DNA of 64,000 bases from Verrucomicrobiaceae bacterium. Lineage in GTDB: Bacteria; Verrucomicrobiota; Verrucomicrobiia; Verrucomicrobiales; Akkermansiaceae. The notes under the pieces are model-generated. The model had not been told where the DNA came from. It saw nothing but the letters and a program-made list of their open reading frames with translations, and made no database searches. The position numbers were made by a program, and so were the translations under genes. Shown here in pieces: positions 34,410-43,756 of this stretch. How positions within the stretch are numbered: the first letter of the stretch is position 1; every line of letters starts with the position of its first letter. The stretch spans positions 64,001 through 128,000 of the forward strand of contig JBPOGH010000010.1 in assembly GCA_051252135.1 (NCBI GenBank), written 5' to 3'.

Positions 34410-35498
34410 ATGAGTACCACCGCCAGTAAAACTTCCGTCATGTCCGAAAAGAAAGCCAAAGGTCCTGCCGCTGCGGCAGCCGATAAAGGAGCTGATAAGA
34501 TCGCAGAAGCCCGTAAAAAGAATCTCGATCTTGCGATTACCCAGATTCAAAAGGATTTTGGTGAAGCGGCAATTATGCGTCTTGGAGACGACAAGCGGAT
34601 GGATGTGGATTCCATTCCCACGGGCAATTTGTTGATTGATCGTGCGTTGGGAGTGGGCGGTTTTCCCCGTGGGCGGATTGTGGAAGTGTTTGGGCCTGAA
34701 TCGTCGGGTAAGACGACTTTGACCCTTACGGTAATCGCGCAAGCGCAGAAGGCGGGTGGTCTCGCGGCCTTCGTGGATGTGGAACACGCTTTGGATCCGC
34801 AATACGCCAAGCGTCTGGGGGTGAATCTTGATGATTTGTTGATTTCCCAACCTTCTTCCGGTGAGGAGGCTCTTCAGATTGTGGAAACGCTTGTGCGTTC
34901 CAATGCTCTTGATGTGGTGGTGCTGGACTCGGTTGCGGCGTTGGTGACGAAGCAGGAATTGGCGGGAGAAATTGGAGATTCGACGGTGGGGACGCAGGCC
35001 CGACTGATGAGTGCGGCGATGCGGAAGCTCACCGGATTCATTTCCAAGGCCCAGACGACTTGTATCTTTACGAACCAGATTCGTGAGAAGATCGGGGTGA
35101 TGTTTGGAAGCCCCGAGACGACTCCGGGTGGTCGTGCGCTCAAGTTCTTCTCGTCGGTCCGTGTGGATATCCGCCGGATTGGACAAATCAAAGCCACCGA
35201 TGGCACGGTGCAGGGAAGTCGCACCAAGGTGAAGATCGTGAAGAACAAGGTGGCGGCGCCATTCCGGGAAGCGGAGTTCGACATCATGTATAACGAAGGA
35301 ATTTCCTCAGTGGGATCGCTTCTCGATCTGGCGCTTGAGTTCGACATCGTGCAGAAGCGCGGTAGCTGGTTCAGCTATGACGGTAACCAGTTGGCCCAGG
35401 GACGGGATGGGGCCAAGGAGGCGCTGAAGGCGAGTGATGAACTTTATCTTGAGATTGAGGGTAAGGTGAAGGAGAAGCTGGCTGAGACTCCTGACTAG
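34410..35498 (+). CDS. recA: Recombinase RecA
   Basis: [42 protein letters not shown]. Confidence 0.99.
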   Translation: MSTTASKTSVMSEKKAKGPAAAAADKGADKIAEARKKNLDLAITQIQKDFGEAAIMRLGDDKRMDVDSIPTGNLLIDRALGVGGFPRGRIVEVFGPESSGKTTLTLTVIAQAQKAGGLAAFVDVEHALDPQYAKRLGVNLDDLLISQPSSGEEALQIVETLVRSNALDVVVLDSVAALVTKQELAGEIGDSTVGTQARLMSAAMRKLTGFISKAQTTCIFTNQIREKIGVMFGSPETTPGGRALKFFSSVRVDIRRIGQIKATDGTVQGSRTKVKIVKNKVAAPFREAEFDIMYNEGISSVGSLLDLALEFDIVQKRGSWFSYDGNQLAQGRDGAKEALKASDELYLEIEGKVKEKLAETPD

Positions 35499-35924
35499 GC
35501 AAGCACTGCTTCAAGATGAAGCACGCTGAACGGTTTCATGGGTTTTTTAGCTAGGGAAGCTTCGCTTCCGAGGTGGCAGGAGCTGCAGCCCTTTTGGCGA
35601 CTGGCGGCGTTGCTCAGGGAGCCGCTGATCATCAGCGTCACCCTTTGCGCCTTGCCAGACTTCAAAATGACTTGCAGCAGCGAACTCCCTCTTTCATCAG
35701 CGCTTCCCTAGGGAAACCCTGATTCAAGATGAAGCCCGCTGAAAGGTGTGATGGATTTTTGAGCCAAGGAAGCTTCGCTTCCGAGGTGAGAGGAGCTGCA
35801 GCCCTTTTGGATTCTGGCGGCGTTGCTCAGGGAGCCGCTGATCATCAGCGTCGCCCTTCGCGCCTTGCCAGGCTTCAAAATGACTTGCAGCAGCGAACTC
35901 CCTCTTGAATCAGCGCTTTCCTAG
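35495..35924. mobile_element. Two tandem copies of a 209-bp MITE-like element delimited by CTAG (period 213 bp)
   Basis: CTAG at 35495, 35708 and 35921; near-identical units; imperfect ~19-bp terminal inverted repeats; same family at 60894-61444. Confidence 0.85.
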
Positions 35925-35947
35925 AATTTGAAAGGTGGTCTTTTGGG

Positions 35948-35982
35948 AAGCCGGTTCTGCTAAGGCAGGGCCGGCTTTTTTT
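35948..35982 (+). terminator. Terminator, probably that of recA, separated from the gene by the repeat array
   Basis: AAGCCGGTTCTGC-TAAG-GCAGGGCCGGCTT followed by a T run. Confidence 0.85.
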
Positions 35983-36313
35983 GGGTACGAAAATGATCGG
36001 AGTTTGAATGTCGGGTTAGGGGCGACGGTTTTGGAAGTCGGGGATGGATGGGGATGGTCTTGGGCGGGGGGCGATGATTTTGAGAGTGGTGGGGAGGGGA
36101 GCTGTTTTTTTGGGGTGGGAGGGGTTGGGAGGGGCATGGGTTTTTTGTGGAATTGAGGGGGCCGGGCTAGTGGGGGGATGGTCTTGGGGTGTCGGGTTGA
36201 TGGGGTCGGGGTAGGGATGGCGGAGGTGAGGTTGGCTTTTGGGGGGGAGGGGGGGATTCCTGTCCATATTATGGGTGGTCTCGTAGGGGGAAATGTGGGA
36301 GTTTGGGGGTGCG

Positions 36314-36802
36314 ATGATCGACATGCTTGTGCGACTTTACGATTTGCCGGATTCGGCGGGTCTTTATCAGCGGGTGGCGGATGGGGGGATTACCCTTCGG
36401 AGGCCGGGGGCGTATGAGAAGCATTTGGTGGAGAACTTTGTGCGGGAGCATTTTTCGCCGAAGTGGGTGAGTGAGGTGCAGGTGGCGTTTTCGCGCCAGC
36501 CGATCACGTGTTTCATTGCGACGAAGGATAAGAAGATTTTGGGGTTTGCGTGCTGTGAGACGACGGCGAAGGGATATTTTGGTCCGACGGGGGTGGCGGA
36601 AGCAGCGCGGGGGACGGGGATTGGGAAGGCCTTGCTTTTTAAGGCGCTGGAGGCGCTGCGGGACAACGGGTATGCTTATGGGTTTATCGGAGGAGTGGGG
36701 CCGAAGGAGTTTTATGCGAAGGCGGTGGGGGCGGTGGAAATTCCGGGTAGCGATCCGGGCGTTTACGTCGATATTCTGCCCGAACCCCCTCAAGAATCGT
36801 GA
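36314..36802 (+). CDS. GNAT family N-acetyltransferase
   Basis: DMLVRLYDLP, FGPTGVAEAARGTGIGKALL, FYAKAVGA. Confidence 0.9.
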   Translation: MIDMLVRLYDLPDSAGLYQRVADGGITLRRPGAYEKHLVENFVREHFSPKWVSEVQVAFSRQPITCFIATKDKKILGFACCETTAKGYFGPTGVAEAARGTGIGKALLFKALEALRDNGYAYGFIGGVGPKEFYAKAVGAVEIPGSDPGVYVDILPEPPQES

Positions 36803-37479
36803 CCGGACAAGACCCGAACTTCGTTAAAGGCGCCTTTGCCAAGATTGCCGACCGTTATGTGCTGACCAATCATGTGCTGAGCGCGGGGACGGATATTTTG
36901 TGGCGGAAGAAGGTGGGCCGGATGGTGGCGAAGTGGGATCCGGAGAGTATTCTGGATGTGGCGACGGGGACGGGAGATTTGGCGCTGGAGTTGCAGAAGC
37001 GGTGTCCGGACGCGCGGATGCTGGGGACGGATTTTTGTCCGGAGATGCTGGCGCATGCGACGAAGGCGGGGGTGAAGGAGACGGAGGTGGCGGATGCGAT
37101 GAATTTGCGGTTTGGGGACGGGGAGTTTGAGTTGGTGACGGTGGCCTTTGGGCTGCGGAATATGTCGAACTGGGCGGATGCGGTGAAAGAGATGCGGCGG
37201 GTGATCCAACCGGGCGGGCATCTGCTGGTGCTGGATTTTTCGCTGCCCGAAGGGATGTTGGCGAAGCCGTATGAATTTTATCTCAATAAAGTGCTGCCGA
37301 AGATGGCGGGCGTGTTGACGGGACAGCGGGAGGCTTACGAGTATCTCGCGGGGTCGATCGGGGAGTTTCCGAAGGGGGAGGCGATGCTAGATTTGTTCCG
37401 CGATGCGGGATTGGGGGAGACGAGCTGGACGCCGTTGAGCGGGGGGATTGCTTCGATTTATACGGGGCGGGTGGGGTAG
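36799..37479 (+). CDS. ubiE: UbiE/MenG family quinone biosynthesis methyltransferase
   Basis: LDVATGTGD, VAFGLRN, AYEYLAGSI. Confidence 0.9.
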   Translation: MTGQDPNFVKGAFAKIADRYVLTNHVLSAGTDILWRKKVGRMVAKWDPESILDVATGTGDLALELQKRCPDARMLGTDFCPEMLAHATKAGVKETEVADAMNLRFGDGEFELVTVAFGLRNMSNWADAVKEMRRVIQPGGHLLVLDFSLPEGMLAKPYEFYLNKVLPKMAGVLTGQREAYEYLAGSIGEFPKGEAMLDLFRDAGLGETSWTPLSGGIASIYTGRVG

Positions 37480-37774
37480 GGAGGATTTTGTGAATGGGGT
37501 GAAGGATGAGGAGGCGCGGACTGCAAGCTTCTAAAGCGAGTGGGCAAGAGTTGATCGGGACGGCTACGGGGGGTAAGTGGTAATCTGATTTCCGTTGGTG
37601 GGTTGCTGTCCCAACGGCCCGAAAGGGACCAATGGATAGCAAGTGGCGAATTGGAACCGCCGTGCTACAGCCGAGCGAAGCGAGACTGACTCCCATCGGG
37701 AGCCCGCAGAATGAGAAGAGCGAATCAAACCCGTTTGGGCGGTGGTGTGTTTGGCGGTAGTGAGAATCTTCTGT

Positions 37775-38572
37775 CTACCCGATTATGTCCCGTGCGTTCT
37801 GACCGGTTAGTTCGGTAGATGCTCGGACTTCGTCAAACTCGTTTTTGATCCGTTGCCTCTCCTCATTCTCGAAGTTCTCAAACTTCAGTTGCTCAAAGGC
37901 CTTTGGATTTCGCTCGCAGTGATAGAAATAGTGCTTCATTTTTCGTTTTTTCTCACTTTCCTCCAACTCTCTAGCGGATTGCGGTTGTTTCCCGAAAAGG
38001 CGAAGCCCCGTCATGGTCGCTTTCCCGAGACTGTAGATCAGAACCACTGCCCCAATAGCCGGGCTAGCCCATCCTAGGAGCGCGACCGATGCGGGAACAA
38101 CAACGAGCCAGACGAAAAGTAATCCTACGGCGATACTGATTCCGCGTCTGTGTTCTACCGCATCCTTCTCAAAGTCATCGGTTGTTTTGAAAGGGATCTC
38201 CGAGAAAACCTCTTTCCAATGATGTAGTTTCATTTGAGCACATGGAAGTTCGTGTTCTTGGATCATGCCCCAAGTCTTCTTCAGGCCATCGGCTGAGCGG
38301 AATCCCATAAAGTGACTCGAACCTGTTGAATCTTCTAAATCGATCAAATCTCCCTTGGAATCAAACGCCGAAACCATAGTTGGTACTTCGAACCGTCGGA
38401 TCCAATATTCAAACTCAGCAGCCATCGTCTCACCGACATTTTCCAGACTCTGTTCTTGAGTCCAAATCAGTTGCACGAGGGCAAATGAAATTGAGTTTTC
38501 CGACGGCGGGTAATACTCAACAAAGTAGCCCTCCCGCGCCTCTTTAATTGTGTTCCACTTTATCTTAGACAT
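37775..38572 (-). CDS. Hypothetical protein with two TM helices near the C-terminus (putative cassette 3)
   Basis: 265-aa lower-GC ORF; GTTCTAA core-like site 16 nt upstream and AGGA before the ATG. Confidence 0.75.
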   Translation of the reverse strand: MSKIKWNTIKEAREGYFVEYYPPSENSISFALVQLIWTQEQSLENVGETMAAEFEYWIRRFEVPTMVSAFDSKGDLIDLEDSTGSSHFMGFRSADGLKKTWGMIQEHELPCAQMKLHHWKEVFSEIPFKTTDDFEKDAVEHRRGISIAVGLLFVWLVVVPASVALLGWASPAIGAVVLIYSLGKATMTGLRLFGKQPQSARELEESEKKRKMKHYFYHCERNPKAFEQLKFENFENEERQRIKNEFDEVRASTELTGQNARDIIG

Positions 38573-38587
38573 GACTGAAGTCCTAAT

Positions 38588-38740
38588 TTAGAACGACTAG
38601 AAAACCACCATACTAAGGTAATCGCCATTACAAGTTGTTCGTCAAATTATAGTCAGTTAGACGGTAAAATTTTTCACTTTATGTTTGAGTGCACTCATTC
38701 GCAGAGCGCGTTGATTTTTCAACGCAGAATCTTGTTCGCC
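38588..38740 (-). other. Degenerate attC-like recombination site 2
   Basis: GGCGAAC 2 nt after the stop of 38743..39210, and GTTCTAA just before the next gene. Confidence 0.5.
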
Positions 38741-38742
38741 TT

Positions 38743-39210
38743 TTATATTTGGAGGTCACGTTTCGCCAGTTTACGAACCTCGGCTAAGGCTGATCTGAAG
38801 TGTTTGCTCTCCTCCTCGTAAACTTCCCACGGGGCGTTTTCTTCCCAACTGAGTTTTGGACGTTTTCTAAGATTCTGAAGAACGCTTGCCGCTTCATCTG
38901 AAATTACGAAACCGCCAATGTCTGTTGCTCGCTCAATCCGCCAGTGCGCCTCGCTGTATGCCTGATGAAACTCAGCCTTCTTCGGATGGTCTGCCTCGGT
39001 CATAAATAGGTACGCCTCAGCCGTGATATCGAAGTAGCGAATGATCGCGTAAAGCGCCTCGACGATCTCGGTATATGCCTGCTCCTTTCGCTCCCACCAC
39101 CGCTGCTGGAATGCACGTCGAGTGGCCCATAGAGCAGACAAGTAGGCCGCTCCCACAGCAGTGAACAATCCAATCGAAGAAGGAATCAGTATCTTGGCCC
39201 AATCAGACAT
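38743..39210 (-). CDS. Hypothetical protein with an N-terminal TM helix (putative cassette 2, gene b)
   Basis: MSDWAKILIPSSIGLFTAVGAAYLSALW...; helical C-terminal domain; lower GC. Confidence 0.72.
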   Translation of the reverse strand: MSDWAKILIPSSIGLFTAVGAAYLSALWATRRAFQQRWWERKEQAYTEIVEALYAIIRYFDITAEAYLFMTEADHPKKAEFHQAYSEAHWRIERATDIGGFVISDEAASVLQNLRKRPKLSWEENAPWEVYEEESKHFRSALAEVRKLAKRDLQI

Positions 39211-39218
39211 AAGCGTAA

Positions 39219-39527
39219 TCAATTTCCGAGGTAGCGGCGGCAGCAATCGAGGATGAATTGGCAATTGTGACTGAGATCCGCGTGACCGTCTCGATCATAG
39301 AGCTGCTGCACTTCGGTAACCTTCTTGGCGATGTAGGTCCACCCTACCGCTGTGATCTCATCGACGGCGTTGATCTTCTGGATCGTAAGTAGATGTTTTA
39401 CTGCCTTTCGGATGTGCGATGCTGAAAGATTGGTCCACTGCGGGTCATAGCGCCGAAGAGCATCTTCAATATTGCCTACGAAGAATTCGGTCTCCTTGAC
39501 TCGCTTCCACTTTAATAGAAAGCCCAT
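39219..39527 (-). CDS. Small hypothetical protein (putative cassette 2, gene a; possibly a fragment)
   Basis: 102-aa ORF starting about 22 nt after the core-like site; ends 8 nt before the next ATG. Confidence 0.5.
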   Translation of the reverse strand: MGFLLKWKRVKETEFFVGNIEDALRRYDPQWTNLSASHIRKAVKHLLTIQKINAVDEITAVGWTYIAKKVTEVQQLYDRDGHADLSHNCQFILDCCRRYLGN

Positions 39528-39549
39528 AGTATTGTCTGATTCGTCTTGT

Positions 39550-39651
39550 GGCGAAGATTAGAGTGTATGCGCGACTGAGCGAAGATTAAAACTCCGAATT
39601 TGAAAACAAACGCCTAGAGCGAGAGAGGTCGTATCCCACGGGTGGTTCTCC
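39550..39651 (-). other. Degenerate attC-like recombination site 1
   Basis: GGAGAAC overlapping the TAG stop; partly complementary inner arms (GTGGGATACGAC / GTCGCGCATACAC); ends CTTCGCC; 102 bp. Confidence 0.6.
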
Positions 39652-40148
39652 TAGAGTTTGTGCTTAGTTCTCAGTTCGGACTTCACTTGTGTGGCGTCAT
39701 AAACGCGACCAACATGCCCCGAAGGTTGTTTAGTAAAGCACTTAATCAGAATCGCCGATCCGGGCTTATAAACGGGAGTTACTGACGGCGTGTAAGTCGT
39801 ATAGCCGCTATACGAACCAAACCCCCCGTAATTAGAAGCTGTTCCTGTCGTGTATGAGCTGCCGCCTGTATCGACATAATCAGTAGACGACATGTCCTCT
39901 TTCCCTAGAATGGAGAAATACCTAAACTGATGCTCAAGCGTAACTTCTGCGGCACGAAGCATTGCGAAATCCTTTGCCTTTTTAGGATCAGTGAATCCAT
40001 TGCCCAAAAAACCTACTGCGAAAACGTCTTTAGCTTTCCGCTTGAACATGTGTCCTCCTGCCGCTGAATCACCAACTTCCTGGTATGGAGTAGAACATGA
40101 AACGCTTGCGATAACCGCTGCGGATAAAAGGAGTAAATAAAATTTCAT
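39651..40148 (-). CDS. Putative lipoprotein (putative cassette 1)
   Basis: Lipobox SVSC followed by STPYQ; F.GNGFT...AMLRAAEVTL..F.YF resembles CC0125/CC1285-type lipoproteins; AT-rich. Confidence 0.8.
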   Translation of the reverse strand: MKFYLLLLSAAVIASVSCSTPYQEVGDSAAGGHMFKRKAKDVFAVGFLGNGFTDPKKAKDFAMLRAAEVTLEHQFRYFSILGKEDMSSTDYVDTGGSSYTTGTASNYGGFGSYSGYTTYTPSVTPVYKPGSAILIKCFTKQPSGHVGRVYDATQVKSELRTKHKL

Positions 40149-40604
40149 CGTGATTATTTTGAGGAGAACAGGGTTTCTTAGTTCACCGGATTCTAGGTTC
40201 GCTCACTCATTTCTGGAAGTGTAAAATGGTTTCCTTCTATGAGGGTTCTCAGCGGTAGAGGGTTATTGGGGATGTTTTTTATTGTTGATTGTGAATGTTT
40301 TTAGGGTGTTGGTATTTTTGAGGGAGTCTGATCTGCGGTTGCTGGGTCATCCTGAAAAATTTGTGAACTTGATTGTCTGGTGTGCTTCGTGCGGCTTGCG
40401 TTGGCCAGATGTTTGCCCCAGTTGATCTTCGGTTCCGGGGTGTTCCGGTTGGCTTGTTGTTCTTGGTGTTTCCGGTATCGTTGTGAGACTTTTAATTTTG
40501 AGGTGATCCGGTCGGGTTATAGGATGGGGGGACCTTTCTGATTTGTGATGGGTTGGAGGGGCTTTTGGGGTTTTTCGGGTGAGGGGAAAATGATATGAGA
40601 AGGG

Positions 40605-42572
40605 ATGGGGGGATTTTCTTTTGATCGTGTTTTTGTGGTGGTTCATGGGATTGGGAAGCAGCAGCGGGGGGCGACGTTGAGGGGGGCGGTTCGGCAGGTG
40701 GGGAAGTTGTTTGTGGAGGATGAGGCGGGGGGATGGGAGGTGCCGGACCGGCCGTTGGGTTATTATTTCCAGGAGTGGGAGGATGCGAAGGCGCGGCATG
40801 GGGACGGGGAGAGTGTGCCGTGTCTGCCGATGGGGCCGAGCGGGCCTTTGGCGCGGGTGGGGATGTCGGAGGTTTTTTGGGCGGATATTCCTCAGGGGGT
40901 GGTGGATGAGGGGCGGACGATCGAGGAGACGAAATCGTGGGGAGAGACGGTGATTCAGCGGTTGCTTTGCCGGTATTTCAGGGAGAACGGCGGGAAAGAG
41001 GAGAAGGGGAAGGAGGTGGATTTTACGTTGGCTTCCGAGGTGCTGGATGAGGTAATCGATTCGGTGCACATTCTGGAGAAGCTGGCGCAGCATGCGAAGT
41101 TTCTGAATCTGCCGAAGGTGGAGACGCAGGCGATTCTTGATGAGTTTTTGGGGGATGTGCAGATTGTGACGGAGTTCCGAAATTATCGGACGCAGATTGT
41201 GGATCGTTTTCTGAGGGCGGTGGATCAGGCGCATCGGGATCATCCGGGGGCGGAGATTCACATTGTGTCTCACAGTGAGGGGACGGTGGTGAGTTTTCTG
41301 GGCTTGCTGCTGGGCTTGGCGGGGCGGGAGCCGGAGCAGCTGGCATCGCAGTGCGAGATTGATGAGGAGGGGTTGGAGGCGAGTCTGGTGAGGGCGCAGG
41401 AGAAGGAATCGGAGTGGGTGGGTCAGGTGCGGACGTTTCTGACTCTGGGGTCGCCGCTGGACAAGCATCTGACCTTGTGGCCGGACTTGTTTGCGCAGCT
41501 GGACTTTGAGGAGTTTTCGTGGGGAGGGGCGCCGCGGATTCGCTGGATGAATTGTTATGATTACGGGGATCCGATTGGGTTCCGGTTGAACCAGATGCAG
41601 GATTGGCTGGAGGGGACCTTTGGGGCGGAGAATCCTTTTGAGCGAATTGAGGAACACGGGTTCTCGCGTTATTTGTTCCCGGGGGTGGCGCACGTGAATT
41701 ACTGGGGGGATGAGGAGTTGTTTCAATACTACGTGAACTTTTTGGAGCGTGATCCGGCAGCGGTGGGATCGGAGGGTGAGGTGCCGCGACTGGGTCCGGC
41801 GAAGAAGGAGGGGCGTTTGCCGAACAAGAAGATGGTGAAGGTGTTGAGTCCGATTCTGCCTTTTACGCTGAGCTTTGTGCTCTTTGGGTTGGCGGTAGGG
41901 GCGATCTACTTTGGGATCGCGAGTATCTTTGGTTCGATCGACGGGGATTTGGTGCTTGGGAGCTATGAGCACATCCACAAGGTGTCGGGGAGGTTTTGGG
42001 GGAGTTTTTTGCTGATTGTGGGGGCGACGGTGTCTTTTCGGATTCCGCGGATTTGCCGGGGGAGGGGTTGGTTGGTGTTCTCGGCGGCGTGCTTTGGGGT
42101 GGGGGCGTGGGCTTATTGGTATTTGGTGGACCTTGATTTCAGGGCGCTCTTTGGAGGAGCTTTTGGAGATCACCACACCTTGGGGGTGATTCTTTGTGCG
42201 CTGCTGGTGTCGGTGATCGGGATGTCATCGTCGAAGCGGATGAAGCTATCCGAGCAGCGGAGGCGGGGAGTGGATACGCGGAAGCATCGCAAGTTGCTCA
42301 ACGGGATGAAGCCGGCGCTGGGGGCGGGGTTGGTGGTGATCTTGGGATTGGCGGTGTTTATGACGACGAGTGAGAAGGTGGAGGCGACGCTGGAACTGGC
42401 GACGGTGGTGCGGTTTCTGACGGGGGCGGTCTTTTTCTTTTACCTGTGGTGGCTGGCGGCCTTGTTTTTTGACCTGAGCCTGGTGTGGAATCGGTATGTG
42501 CGGCAGGATATCACAGCCGATCTGCGGACCTGGGGGGGAAGTCTGAGGGAGAAGATTGGGCGGTTGAAATGA
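40605..42572 (+). CDS. Alpha/beta-hydrolase-like domain fused to a C-terminal multi-pass membrane domain
   Basis: VVHGIG, VSHSEG nucleophile-elbow-like motif, TLGSPL, DPIG, AHVNYW; about 6 hydrophobic segments at the C-terminus. Confidence 0.72.
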   Translation: MGGFSFDRVFVVVHGIGKQQRGATLRGAVRQVGKLFVEDEAGGWEVPDRPLGYYFQEWEDAKARHGDGESVPCLPMGPSGPLARVGMSEVFWADIPQGVVDEGRTIEETKSWGETVIQRLLCRYFRENGGKEEKGKEVDFTLASEVLDEVIDSVHILEKLAQHAKFLNLPKVETQAILDEFLGDVQIVTEFRNYRTQIVDRFLRAVDQAHRDHPGAEIHIVSHSEGTVVSFLGLLLGLAGREPEQLASQCEIDEEGLEASLVRAQEKESEWVGQVRTFLTLGSPLDKHLTLWPDLFAQLDFEEFSWGGAPRIRWMNCYDYGDPIGFRLNQMQDWLEGTFGAENPFERIEEHGFSRYLFPGVAHVNYWGDEELFQYYVNFLERDPAAVGSEGEVPRLGPAKKEGRLPNKKMVKVLSPILPFTLSFVLFGLAVGAIYFGIASIFGSIDGDLVLGSYEHIHKVSGRFWGSFLLIVGATVSFRIPRICRGRGWLVFSAACFGVGAWAYWYLVDLDFRALFGGAFGDHHTLGVILCALLVSVIGMSSSKRMKLSEQRRRGVDTRKHRKLLNGMKPALGAGLVVILGLAVFMTTSEKVEATLELATVVRFLTGAVFFFYLWWLAALFFDLSLVWNRYVRQDITADLRTWGGSLREKIGRLK

Positions 42573-42627
42573 GGGAGGTTTGATGGTGTGGGCTTGCGCG
42601 GAGGGAGGAGTTGGTTAGTTTCCCCGC

Positions 42628-43722
42628 ATGTCGATTGAGAGTGCTGCGAATCAGTGGGTTTGTGATTTGGTTGCTTATGAGCCGGGGAAGCCGATTGAGG
42701 AGACGGCGCGGGAGTTGGGGCTGAAGCCGGAGGAGATCATCAAGCTGGCGAGTAACGAGAATCCGCTGGGGCCGTCGCCGAAGGCGCAGGAGGCGATGCG
42801 GGCGGAGATTGCGAAGGCGCATCTTTATCCTGACGGGGGAGGTTACAAATTACGGACGGCGTTGGCTGAGAAGCACGGGGTGGCGTTTGGGAATGTGGTG
42901 TTGGGGAACGGATCGAATGAGATCATTGAGTTGATGTGCCACAGTTTTTTGAAGCCGGGAGTGGCTCTGATTGCGGCGGAGCACGCCTTTGTGGTCTACA
43001 AGCTGATGGCGACGCTCTTTGGGGCGGATTATGTGGAAGTGCCGGACCCGGGGTTTGTGCATGACCTTGAGGCGATGGCGGATGCGATCACGGATGAGAC
43101 GCGTCTGGTGTTTATTGCGAATCCGAACAATCCGACGGGGACCTTGGTGGGGCAGGAGGAGATTGATCGTTTTGTGGAGCGGCTGCCGGATCATGTGGTG
43201 GCGGTTTTTGATGAGGCTTATTATGAATTTCTTCCGGATGCTCCGGATGCGATCAAGCATGTGAAGGCGGGGAAGAATGTGGTGGTGATGCGGACGTTCT
43301 CGAAGGCGCAGGGTCTCTCCGCGCTGCGGATTGGTTATGGTCTTGCTCCGGATTCGATTGCGGGATTGTTGAACCGGGCGCGGCAGCCGTTTAATGCGAA
43401 TGCGATTGCGCAAGCGGCGGCTCTGGCATCGATTCAGGATGAGGAGCACATTGCGGCGACGGTGGAGAATAACCGGATCGGGGTGGAGTTCTATGAGTCG
43501 GCCTTTGCGGAGCGGGGCTGGGAGTATGTGCCGAGTGTGGCGAACTTTGTGCTGGTGAAGGTGGGTGACGGGGATCGTGTTTTTGCCGAGTTGCTGAAGA
43601 AGGGGGTGATTGTGCGGGCGATGCGGGGCTACAAGCTGCCGGAGTGGGTGCGGATTTCGGTGGGGACGCCGGAGCAGAATGCGCGTTGTCTGGAAGAGCT
43701 GGATGTCCTGCTCACAAGTTGA
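42628..43722 (+). CDS. hisC: Histidinol-phosphate aminotransferase
   Basis: KLASNENPLG, NPNNPTG, DEAYYEF, RTFSKAQGLSALRIGY. Confidence 0.96.
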   Translation: MSIESAANQWVCDLVAYEPGKPIEETARELGLKPEEIIKLASNENPLGPSPKAQEAMRAEIAKAHLYPDGGGYKLRTALAEKHGVAFGNVVLGNGSNEIIELMCHSFLKPGVALIAAEHAFVVYKLMATLFGADYVEVPDPGFVHDLEAMADAITDETRLVFIANPNNPTGTLVGQEEIDRFVERLPDHVVAVFDEAYYEFLPDAPDAIKHVKAGKNVVVMRTFSKAQGLSALRIGYGLAPDSIAGLLNRARQPFNANAIAQAAALASIQDEEHIAATVENNRIGVEFYESAFAERGWEYVPSVANFVLVKVGDGDRVFAELLKKGVIVRAMRGYKLPEWVRISVGTPEQNARCLEELDVLLTS

Positions 43723-43756
43723 CAGGGGCCATTTAATTCAGTTTACTTAATCAATC

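Noticed and set aside
36016..36324. 102-aa Pro-rich minus-strand ORF
   Set aside because: Low-complexity translation of a G-tract region, with no recognisable protein features.
40170..40255. attI site or a further attC upstream of cassette 1
   Set aside because: GAAC-containing motifs are present (TGAGAAC, GCGAAC), but I could not find convincing arm pairing or attI structure. Left uncalled.
40347..42176. 609-aa minus-strand ORF and similar long Pro/His/Ser-rich ORFs (e.g. 45366..46844, 4127..5392, 9325..10485)
   Set aside because: These are shadow frames of well-supported genes, produced by high GC and strand skew.
40605..42572. Integron integrase next to the cassette array
   Set aside because: It lies in the expected divergent position but has hydrolase-like and TM features, with no tyrosine-recombinase R-H-R-H-Y motifs.
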